64,000 nt of DNA from a virus. Positions 17,392 to 24,217 of this stretch are shown here, piece by piece. The notes under the pieces were generated by a model, which saw nothing but the letters and a program-made list of their open reading frames with translations, was not told the DNA's origin and made no database searches. Each line of letters opens with the position of its first letter. Position 1 is the first letter of the stretch. Position numbers and translations under genes: made by a program. The stretch covers positions 1-64,000 of IMG/VR virus record IMGVR_UViG_3300028299_000003; one strand, 5' to 3'.

Positions 17392-17690
17392 CGGCCCGTG
17401 TAGGATTCGAACCTACGACCAACAGATTACACATTATCCATAATTTTCATTACGGGGTGGACTATATCATCATCTCTACTGAGATGTCGGACGCTATTAA
17501 AGGTTTATTGATTGATTTTCTCACCTTTTAGTCTCTGCACCTTCCCAAATACTCTTATAATCTTCTCTGGGCTTGGATCAGGATTGCCATATTAAAGGTT
17601 TCCCTGAGTTCATCCGATTTTCCATATGTGGTCACCCACATACGCTGCAATCTTTACAGTCTGCTGCTCTACCAGCTGAGCTAACGAGCC
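17392..17690 (-). tRNA. tRNA-Asn(GUU), intron-containing
   Basis: Exons 17690-17656 and 17429-17392 join to GCAGA-CT GTT AA-TCTGT; G73. Confidence 0.9.
17430..17655 (-). ncRNA. Group I intron (226 nt, no ORF) between anticodon positions 35 and 36
   Basis: P1 CUGU^AA/UUGCAG with U.G at the splice site; core AATCCTGA, GCAGAGACTA and GATATAGTCC; terminal G. Confidence 0.9.
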
Positions 17691-17710
17691 ATTATTTCAA
17701 AGAACAATTG

Positions 17711-17783
17711 TGACCTTGGCGAGAATCGAACTCACATCTAAAATTCCGCAAATTTTTATTCTAATCCGTTGAACTACAAGGCC
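17711..17783 (-). tRNA. tRNA-Arg(GCG)
   Basis: AAAAT-TT GCG GA-ATTTT. Confidence 0.88.
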
Positions 17784-17793
17784 CTGTTTATTG

Positions 17794-17866
17794 TATCCAC
17801 TCTAGGACTCGAACCCAGACCTAATTATTCGAAGTAACTAATGCTAATCCGTTACACCAAGTGGAC
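17794..17866 (-). tRNA. tRNA-Arg(UCG)
   Basis: AGTTA-CT TCG AA-TAATT. Confidence 0.9.
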
Positions 17867-17870
17867 ATTG

Positions 17871-17945
17871 CGGTGACGACCAGATTTGAACTGGCGATCT
17901 CCTGAGTGACAGTCAGGAATGTTAGGCCATCTACACCACGTCACC
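17871..17945 (-). tRNA. tRNA-Asp(GUC)
   Basis: CCTGA-CT GTC AC-TCAGG; G73. Confidence 0.93.
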
Positions 17946-18400
17946 TTATTTTAACCATTTTCTTATTGCGTTATCACTTACACCATATTTTCTTCCTGTT
18001 CCTTTATATCCAAGTTCTTCAATATCTTTTAATAGTGTTTCTTTATCAGGTCTTTCTACTTTTCTTTGTTTTAAATCTGCACATTTTTTACATCTTTTTG
18101 ATTGTCTATCTTTTTTGTTGCCACATTTACAATAATAATTTCCATTATAGAATCCATAATTATTTTTTATATTTTTTGCACCATGTGTGTCTAAAGTTAC
18201 ATTACAATTTGGACAAACAATTCTTAAATTTTCTAATCTATTATCATCATTTATACCATTAATATGATCCAATACAAATATTAATTTTTTCCCCATCCAT
18301 TCTTCATCTTGACCACAAATTTCACATTTTTTTTCTTTCAATCCTTCATAGAATTCTTAACAATATTAGTAAAATGATTTTCTTCATATCTATTTTGCAT
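17946..18400 (-). pseudogene. HNH homing endonuclease, internally deleted or frameshifted
   Basis: LDHINGINDDNRLENLRIVCPNC; the ATG at 18400 (MQNRYEEN...) is out of frame with the HNH part; much shorter than its paralogue at 19043. Confidence 0.65.
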
Positions 18401-18471
18401 ATTCTTTTTTATTTGTATATTAAAATCTGAATACCAAAAACTGTCAATTAAATCAAAGAACGTCTTTTTTG

Positions 18472-18548
18472 TTGGGAAGGTGGGATTTGAACCCACATGT
18501 GACCAGTTACCGTTTCAACACTTTATAAGAGTGAGCGGATACATCCCA
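18472..18548 (-). tRNA. Non-canonical tRNA-Ile(UAU)-like, D-loop 3' of the anticodon arm
   Basis: TGGGATG TAT CCG CT CACT-CT TAT AA-AGTG TTGAAA CGG TAACTGG TCACAT GTGGG-TTCAAAT-CCCAC CTTCCCA A. Confidence 0.72.
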
Positions 18549-18560
18549 GTTTTTATATTG

Positions 18561-18710
18561 TTAGTGTGAGTGGATACGATGAATTGAATTTGTCGGATTG
18601 GGTGGGGTCGAACCACCATGTAACCAATTAACCTTTCAACTGCTTATCAGGCAGAGGGTTTACAATCCGTTTTGTTAGAGAATCACTCTAACCAATTGAG
18701 CTACACACCC
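18561..18710 (-). pseudogene. Disrupted canonical tRNA gene (probably Ile) split by the non-canonical tRNA-Ile(GAU)
   Basis: 5' half GGGTGTG TA GCTC AATTGGTTA GAGT G ATTCT CT (18710-18677) and 3' remnant ATCCACT CACACTA A (~18575-18561). Confidence 0.65.
18593..18669 (-). tRNA. Non-canonical tRNA-Ile(GAU)-like, D-loop 3' of the anticodon arm
   Basis: CGGATTG TA AACC CT CTGC-CT GAT AA-GCAG TTGAAA GGTT AATTGG TTACAT GGTGG-TTCGACC-CCACC CAATCCG A. Confidence 0.75.
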
Positions 18711-18715
18711 GTTTG

Positions 18716-18798
18716 TGACCGAAGTGGGAATCGAACCCACATGAGCTTAGCTCAAAGGTTTTTAAGACCTTCGCGTCTGCCAGTTCCGCCATTCAGCC
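18716..18798 (-). tRNA. tRNA-Leu(UAA)
   Basis: AAGGT-CT TAA AA-ACCTT, long variable arm. Confidence 0.93.
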
Positions 18799-18815
18799 AA
18801 TTTTATTTCAATACG

Positions 18816-18863
18816 TCAAAGAACCATTTTACAAATTTACAAAATTATTTCCACATTTCCAAC
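18816..18863 (-). promoter_or_regulatory. Possible internal promoter plus boxA in the tRNA operon
   Basis: TAAATTTG (18839-18832) with imperfect -33 GTTG, followed by GTTCTTTGA. Confidence 0.45.
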
Positions 18864-18880
18864 TTTTCAACAAATTTTTG

Positions 18881-18957
18881 CGGTCCCAAAGGGATTCGAA
18901 CCCTTCTGTTATTCCTCCGTGACAGGGAGGTAGCCACACCCAGCAACTCCTGAGACC
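18881..18957 (-). tRNA. tRNA-Asp(GUC), atypical D-arm and variable loop
   Basis: CCTCC-CT GTC AC-GGAGG; G8G9, no A14, 8-nt variable region; G73. Confidence 0.82.
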
Positions 18958-18969
18958 AATCAATTTTTG

Positions 18970-19052
18970 TGACCAAGGTGGGACTCGAACCCACAAGTTC
19001 TGTGAACGATAGGTTCTAAACCTATTATGTTTTCCAATTTCATCACTTGGCC
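18970..19052 (-). tRNA. tRNA-Leu(UAG)
   Basis: ATAGG-TT TAG AA-CCTAT, long variable arm. Confidence 0.92.
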
Positions 19053-19717
19053 TTCTCGTAATTTTTTTTCCATTTTCTTATACTATTATCACTCACTCCG
19101 TATTTTCTTCCTGTTCCTCTATATCCAAATTCTTTTATTTCTTTTAATAATTTATCATAAGATGGTCTTTTTACTTTTCTTTGTTTTAATTTTGAACAAT
19201 CCATACAATATTTACTATTTTCTTGTTTTTTATTTCCACACTCACATTTCTGTTGTGGATTTTTATTTATTTTTGATTTTTGATTTAAACTCTTACAATA
19301 TGTATTTGTTTGAGCGTGACAATTTGGACAAAGTATTTGAATATTATTAAATTCATTATTAAATCTATTGCCATCTATATGATGAATTTCTAATGGTGCA
19401 TCTTTATTATTCCATTCGGTAAGATTACAAATTTCACATTTTTTTTCTTTATATCCATCCATTATTAATTTTTTTCTCAGTGTGTTGCTACTTATTAATG
19501 ACCCGTTAAATAAATATTTAGAAACATGTTTTCTATTATTTGATATTTTTTTACCCTTTAATCCCATATTGCCATTATATTCAATATTCATTTTTTTCAA
19601 ATATCCATTTAATGTTGATTGTCTACATATAAGTTCTTTACAAATGAAAGATTTTGGTTGATTATCATTTATCCATTCTAATATCTCTTCTTTTTTTTCT
19701 AATATATCTTTTCTCAT
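19043..19717 (-). CDS. HNH homing endonuclease
   Basis: CEIC...LEIHHIDGNRFNNEFNNIQILCPNCH; C-terminal HTH; likely start MRKDILEK at 19717; stop lies inside tRNA-Leu(UAG). Confidence 0.85.
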   Translation of the reverse strand: MRKDILEKKEEILEWINDNQPKSFICKELICRQSTLNGYLKKMNIEYNGNMGLKGKKISNNRKHVSKYLFNGSLISSNTLRKKLIMDGYKEKKCEICNLTEWNNKDAPLEIHHIDGNRFNNEFNNIQILCPNCHAQTNTYCKSLNQKSKINKNPQQKCECGNKKQENSKYCMDCSKLKQRKVKRPSYDKLLKEIKEFGYRGTGRKYGVSDNSIRKWKKNYEKAK

Positions 19718-19821
19718 CTTTTTTTTTATTTTATATATTAAAAATAAAAAGTCAAAAATGGTAAACACCATAATTATTTTTATAATATGTATATTATTTT
19801 AATTATTTCAAAGAACTTATG

Positions 19822-19898
19822 TACCGATGGCTGGATTCGAACCAGCGACGTGTAGTGATTATGATTCACTTGCGATAGCCAACTCCGCCCACATCGGT
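19822..19898 (-). tRNA. tRNA-Met(CAU) (or Ile2), atypical D-arm
   Basis: AGTGA-AT CAT AA-TCACT; ACCGATG/CATCGGT acceptor. Confidence 0.82.
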
Positions 19899-19905
19899 GT
19901 GTTTG

Positions 19906-19987
19906 TGGTCAAGGTGGGAATCGAACCCACAAGTTTTGAAACAATAGGTTTTGAGTCTATCGCGTTTACCAATTTCGCCACTTGACC
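19906..19987 (-). tRNA. tRNA-Leu(CAA)
   Basis: ATAGA-CT CAA AA-CCTAT, long variable arm. Confidence 0.92.
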
Positions 19988-19990
19988 GTG

Positions 19991-20072
19991 TGACTGAGGA
20001 GGGAATCGAACCCACAAGGATTTCTCCAATAGTTCCTTAAACTATCGCGTCTGCCTGTTTCGCCACTCAGCC
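19991..20072 (-). tRNA. tRNA-Leu(AAG)
   Basis: ATAGT-TT AAG GA-ACTAT, long variable arm. Confidence 0.88.
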
Positions 20073-20081
20073 GAATTTTTG

Positions 20082-20163
20082 TGAGAGGGGTAGGATTCGA
20101 ACCTACAAGTCCCGAAGGAAACGGGGTTACAGCCCGCCGAGCCACCAGCTGCTCAACCCTCCC
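20082..20163 (-). tRNA. tRNA-Tyr(GUA)
   Basis: GCGGG-CT GTA AC-CCCGT, variable arm with UUCG loop. Confidence 0.92.
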
Positions 20164-20179
20164 AATTTATTCCAAGATG

Positions 20180-20188
20180 TCAAAGAAC
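20180..20188 (-). promoter_or_regulatory. boxA-like antitermination site (also at 19808, 18816, 18453, 17697, 12851)
   Basis: GTTCTTTGA repeated in tRNA spacers. Confidence 0.65.
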
Positions 20189-20193
20189 TTTAC

Positions 20194-20226
20194 AAAAACA
20201 AAAAACCCAATCTTTTGGATTGGGTT
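20194..20226 (-). terminator. Attenuator terminator upstream of the tRNA operon
   Basis: AACCCAATC-CAAAA-GATTGGGTT followed by TTTTGTTTTT, between the promoter and the first tRNA. Confidence 0.8.
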
Positions 20227-20250
20227 CGGATTACTTCAAGTTATAAAAAC

Positions 20251-20340
20251 TCATCGTAGCAATACAAACCCATCATCCATATCTAGATATAAATCTATAT
20301 TATAGAGATTAATAATGTTCATATTTGAATTTCGTGTCAT
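20251..20340 (-). CDS. Putative attenuator leader peptide MTRNSNMNIINLYNIDLYLDMDDGFVLLR
   Basis: 29 codons plus TGA; A-rich upstream; the 3' part (20274-20258) is complementary to the terminator 5' arm (20235-20218); codons match the downstream tRNAs. Confidence 0.75.
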   Translation of the reverse strand: MTRNSNMNIINLYNIDLYLDMDDGFVLLR

Positions 20341-20416
20341 TGAATTTTTTTTATTTTGTTTTTGTAATGTATATATAGTATTTAAAAAAGTTTATTTTTT
20401 TCCATTTTTAATAATA

Positions 20417-20448
20417 CAAAGATACGGAGATTTTTTTAATATACCAAA
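20417..20448 (-). promoter_or_regulatory. Bacteroidota sigmaA-type promoter of the tRNA operon
   Basis: TTTG-N20-TATCTTTG. Confidence 0.75.
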
Positions 20449-20759
20449 TCTTTTTTGATGATTTTATCAATTTCTTCTTTATTTTCATCATAATTTTCTT
20501 GTTTCAAGGTATGAACTACATCCCCTTCTTTTAGATTATCCAATTCATCACCAGTTGGATTTATGATAGCTATTTGTAATCCATCATTATGAATAATAAC
20601 TCTTTTGAATGGGTGTAATTGAGCTAACTCTCCCTTTAAATCCACAACTATTCCATGGTCCTTTGGTATCATTATTCCCAACGCGGTCGCGAATAATAGA
20701 GCACCCACCAACCAATCTCTACTATTATCTGGATTAGTTTCATTATTTGTATATTCCAT
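20436..20759 (-). CDS. Hypothetical protein
   Basis: ORF with an N-terminal hydrophobic stretch. Confidence 0.55.
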   Translation of the reverse strand: MEYTNNETNPDNSRDWLVGALLFATALGIMIPKDHGIVVDLKGELAQLHPFKRVIIHNDGLQIAIINPTGDELDNLKEGDVVHTLKQENYDENKEEIDKIIKKDLVY

Positions 20760-20828
20760 AATATCTATTATTTTTCAAATATATAAAAAAATTTTGATAA
20801 AGTTTAATTAAGAATGTTTTTCATATTT

Positions 20829-21224
20829 TTATTGAAGATTATCAGATAAATAATCTTTTAATTTATTAAACTCTAGTCTTCCAGAATTTAAAGATAAAAC
20901 ATCCCAACTATCTTGTTTTATCGGAATTAATCTAGAAAAACCTTCTTCATCAACTATACCAAGATCAAATCCTTTTATTAATTGTTCTAATTTATCGGTA
21001 CTTTTACCATCCACATATATCCAGGGATACGGTAATCCATATTCTTTATGACCCCAACATGATTGAGTAGTTATAATTCCATTATAATTTAAAAGGACCA
21101 CCAATTCCCTTATTCCACTATCTATTTTTTTCCCCAACCCATCAGTAATATTTCTAGAATTATATTCCATTCTTTTATATTTTTCATCATCAAAATCTAT
21201 ATCGGAAAATTTTTTTATTTTCAT
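20829..21224 (-). CDS. Hypothetical protein with TYW3-like N-terminal motif
   Basis: IDSGIRELVVLLN..GIITTQSCWGH. Confidence 0.5.
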   Translation of the reverse strand: MKIKKFSDIDFDDEKYKRMEYNSRNITDGLGKKIDSGIRELVVLLNYNGIITTQSCWGHKEYGLPYPWIYVDGKSTDKLEQLIKGFDLGIVDEEGFSRLIPIKQDSWDVLSLNSGRLEFNKLKDYLSDNLQ

Positions 21225-21233
21225 TATTTCATA

Positions 21234-21556
21234 TTATTTTGTTACACCTTCGTTAGTTTTCATTTCCCATATACTTTCACCATCATCATCATACATTGGA
21301 ATGAACATTAAATGATCCCACCAGGGTCTTTTTTTTCTTTTTTTGGGTTTTGATTTTGGTTCATCCTCTTCTTCCAAAGTATTATCAAAATCAAAAGAAA
21401 CCTCATCATCAGAATCATCCTCTTCTTCTATAACATCCTGATCCATCTCCGAAAAATATCATCAAAGTCATCTTTATCAAAAGTCTTAAATCTCCTAGGT
21501 TCAGGTGGTGGTTGTGGATATGGTACTGTATAACCTTCAAATTTTTTTATTTTCAT
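21234..21556 (-). pseudogene. Acidic protein gene with a one-base frameshift near 21451
   Basis: MKIKKFEG... frame and MDQDVIEE... frame join if one T is added to ATTTTTC. Confidence 0.5.
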
Positions 21557-21557
21557 A

Positions 21558-21980
21558 TTAATAAGTTATAAATTTATTTAAGAATGTTATAACACCATTT
21601 TTTACAGTAACAATATCAACCCAATTATATTTTCTTTTATCTTTTATTTCTAAGTCCAAATTCAGTGGTGTTGATGATTTTATAACAATATATTCACTAC
21701 TATCTAATGTTCTATGTATTGAAAATGTTTTATCACTCTCTTTTATTTCAACTGATATAAATTTCCATAAAGATGAAGATATTTGAGGATATAATTCACC
21801 CATCACTTCTTTATTTATTTGAGTGACTTCCATTATTTTAACCTCTGTTTCTTTCTGTTTTACTTTAACTAATTCCTCATTTTCCTTATTTTCAATCCAG
21901 GTTTTAATCTTGGAAAAATTCTCAGTTAAATAAAGTTGAAAATATTTACTTTTTATAATATCTGGTATAGAATTTATCAT
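21558..21980 (-). CDS. Hypothetical protein
   Basis: ORF after a TATATA motif. Confidence 0.6.
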   Translation of the reverse strand: MINSIPDIIKSKYFQLYLTENFSKIKTWIENKENEELVKVKQKETEVKIMEVTQINKEVMGELYPQISSSLWKFISVEIKESDKTFSIHRTLDSSEYIVIKSSTPLNLDLEIKDKRKYNWVDIVTVKNGVITFLNKFITY

Positions 21981-22033
21981 TAAGGATTTTTTATTTTATT
22001 GTATATATTAAAATAAAAAATCCTTCTTTTTAG

Positions 22034-22285
22034 TTACATGTAAATACTATTAATTATTTTATATAATTTTTCATCCCTAAATTCTAATATTTTTAAATGT
22101 ATCGCACGCCTTATTAAGTAAACAAACATAAATGGTTTAGCACCTAAAAAAATTGTTAATTTTATTTTCTTTTTTTTATCTATATTATAAAAAGAATACA
22201 TAACATTATCCATAGATAAATAAGTCCATTTCAACTTACCATCTAGTGTATAATCAACAATTCTGTCTAATATCAAATCATCCAT
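22034..22285 (-). CDS. Hypothetical protein (I..T..GKL.W family)
   Basis: Motif shared with 31133 and 31474. Confidence 0.55.
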   Translation of the reverse strand: MDDLILDRIVDYTLDGKLKWTYLSMDNVMYSFYNIDKKKKIKLTIFLGAKPFMFVYLIRRAIHLKILEFRDEKLYKIINSIYM

Positions 22286-22545
22286 TAATAAATCAAATCA
22301 GTGAGCCTATAATCTTCTATTTCACCACGTTCGTTTTCACATTTAGCTCTTCGTTTACCATTTTTATCGGTATAAATTTCACGAATTGTTACTCTGTAGA
22401 AAGTCGTCTCATTATCTGTAAATATTCTACATCTACTTCCAATTTTTAATTCATTAACCAATCTTCTAATAGTGATTTTATCACTTATTACTAAAATTGA
22501 AATTATAATTAAAAGACAAATTAAAATTACTAAAAATATTATCAT
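22285..22545 (-). CDS. Membrane-anchored hypothetical protein
   Basis: N-terminal hydrophobic helix. Confidence 0.55.
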   Translation of the reverse strand: MIIFLVILICLLIIISILVISDKITIRRLVNELKIGSRCRIFTDNETTFYRVTIREIYTDKNGKRRAKCENERGEIEDYRLTDLIY

Positions 22546-23465
22546 AATTTACGGTTTTTAATTTCTTTATCCATTTCTTTTTTTACTTTATATACTAAAG
22601 AGTGGCTAAACCCAGTAGTTTTTATTATATCCTTAACATTTTTATCATTTATAAATAATTTATGAATTATTGAATATTTATCTGATTTCATAATTCTATT
22701 ATCTATTATTCTATCCCATTTTCTATTCATTATTGGAAGATTGAGAGATTTTGCTTTATTTTTTATTTTTTCTAATGTTTTAAATTTAAATATTCTAATC
22801 GTAGAACAACCACCTGTTGATAATTTAAAACATTTTTCTTCATCTGTCAAAATTTTATAGAATTCTTCTAATATTTTTTTCCAATTTTTATCACACTTAA
22901 TTTCTATAGATTTACCATTTTTACATATAGACCCATCTCCATCAATGAAACCTATAATTAAACTAAATATTTGATCTTTTCCTAGATTTGGAATTGTTGG
23001 AATATTTTTTGTTTTATTGGTTTTCCAATTAAATATTTCTTTTAATTCTATTACTGTTTGTTTATCACATAATGTATATCTAACAGAATTTAATTTATCA
23101 ACATAAGATGGTTTTAAATTTATACCCAAGTGCTTTTCTATTTTATTAAAATGTTCTTCATCTTTTTTACTTATATTTACTTGAAAATAACAATTCTTAG
23201 ATAGATGACCATCAGCAAGTAAAAAACCAATCCAATAACAAGTAATATTATCATTTAAATTTAATAGTTTTATTAAATTTCTTTTACTCTCATAAAATTC
23301 TCTTTTTATTCCAAAAAGATGTGCCATTTTTTGTATATAATTCCAAGATAAATTTAAATCGTTTTTTATATCTTTATTGCTTTTTTTAGAATAATTTTCT
23401 AACAAATACTCTTTTAAATATTCATTTCTTTCTGTGTTTAAATTTCTTATTTTATAATTAGTCAT
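22542..23465 (-). CDS. Free-standing LAGLIDADG homing endonuclease
   Basis: YWIGFLLADG and IIGFIDGDGS motifs. Confidence 0.85.
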   Translation of the reverse strand: MTNYKIRNLNTERNEYLKEYLLENYSKKSNKDIKNDLNLSWNYIQKMAHLFGIKREFYESKRNLIKLLNLNDNITCYWIGFLLADGHLSKNCYFQVNISKKDEEHFNKIEKHLGINLKPSYVDKLNSVRYTLCDKQTVIELKEIFNWKTNKTKNIPTIPNLGKDQIFSLIIGFIDGDGSICKNGKSIEIKCDKNWKKILEEFYKILTDEEKCFKLSTGGCSTIRIFKFKTLEKIKNKAKSLNLPIMNRKWDRIIDNRIMKSDKYSIIHKLFINDKNVKDIIKTTGFSHSLVYKVKKEMDKEIKNRKL

Positions 23466-23485
23466 AATACATAATTTCTTTTACC

Positions 23486-23923
23486 TTATATATTAAAATT
23501 ATAATCATCTTTTATTCTTCTTTTTTCCTCTTCATAAATAATTGAATTTTTTTTATCATATTCTCTTTTTCCACGAGACAACGCGATTTCTAGTTTACAC
23601 TTTCCTTTTTCGTTTATAAATATCATAGTTGGAACAATAGTTAATCCCTTTTCATTTATCTGAGATTCAAAATGTTCTAATTGTTTTTTAGTTAATAATA
23701 ATTTTTTATCTCTCTTTGGATCATGTTCAGAACCTTTACCATATTCACTAATATGAAGGTTTTTTACAAACATCTCACCATCTTTAAAAAAACAGTAAGT
23801 GTCAGTAAATCCAACATTATTCAAACTGATTGATTTTATTTCAGAACCTTTCAGTACAATTCCACAAATTTCCTTTTCTAGAAATTCAAAATTGAAGTGT
23901 GCTTTTTTGTTTTTTATTTTCAT
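23486..23923 (-). CDS. smpB: SsrA-binding protein SmpB
   Basis: NKKAHFNF, GIVLKGSEIKS, HDPKRDKKLLL, GLTIVP and RGKREYDK motifs. Confidence 0.95.
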   Translation of the reverse strand: MKIKNKKAHFNFEFLEKEICGIVLKGSEIKSISLNNVGFTDTYCFFKDGEMFVKNLHISEYGKGSEHDPKRDKKLLLTKKQLEHFESQINEKGLTIVPTMIFINEKGKCKLEIALSRGKREYDKKNSIIYEEEKRRIKDDYNFNI

Positions 23924-24216
23924 CTGTATCTAAGTTTCATTGTTGGTAATAGTGGTCCTACGAAAGAATCATAATCATATTTTCTAAATCTATCTGGTGC
24001 TAATCTGTCCTTGTTGACACATACCACTTTAACATATTTTTTTATATAAGTATCTATCACATTCATTTCATCCGCGTTCATATTGAATTTCTCATCAACT
24101 TCATTTCTAATTCTTTCAACTATATCACTTGGTCTTGTTGATGGTATAATTCTTCTAAGACCCTTTATCGGATATTCAAATATTATATACTCTTTTATTT
24201 TTTCTATTTTTCTCAT
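23920..24216 (-). CDS. Hypothetical protein
   Basis: Coupled to smpB; IKEYII motif shared with the next ORF. Confidence 0.55.
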   Translation of the reverse strand: MRKIEKIKEYIIFEYPIKGLRRIIPSTRPSDIVERIRNEVDEKFNMNADEMNVIDTYIKKYVKVVCVNKDRLAPDRFRKYDYDSFVGPLLPTMKLRYR

Positions 24217-24217
24217 A

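Noticed and set aside
18670-18710. Amber-suppressor (CUA) or Val(AAC) tRNA
   Set aside because: Only a 5' half; no 3' anticodon strand or T-arm follows.
17906-20305. Plus-strand ORFs at 17906, 18672, 19027 and 20081
   Set aside because: Antisense shadows of tRNAs and HNH genes.
22542-23465. LAGLIDADG gene as part of an intein or intron
   Set aside because: It has its own ATG and stop, no C...HN splice motifs, and no flanking group I core; the neighbouring genes are intact.
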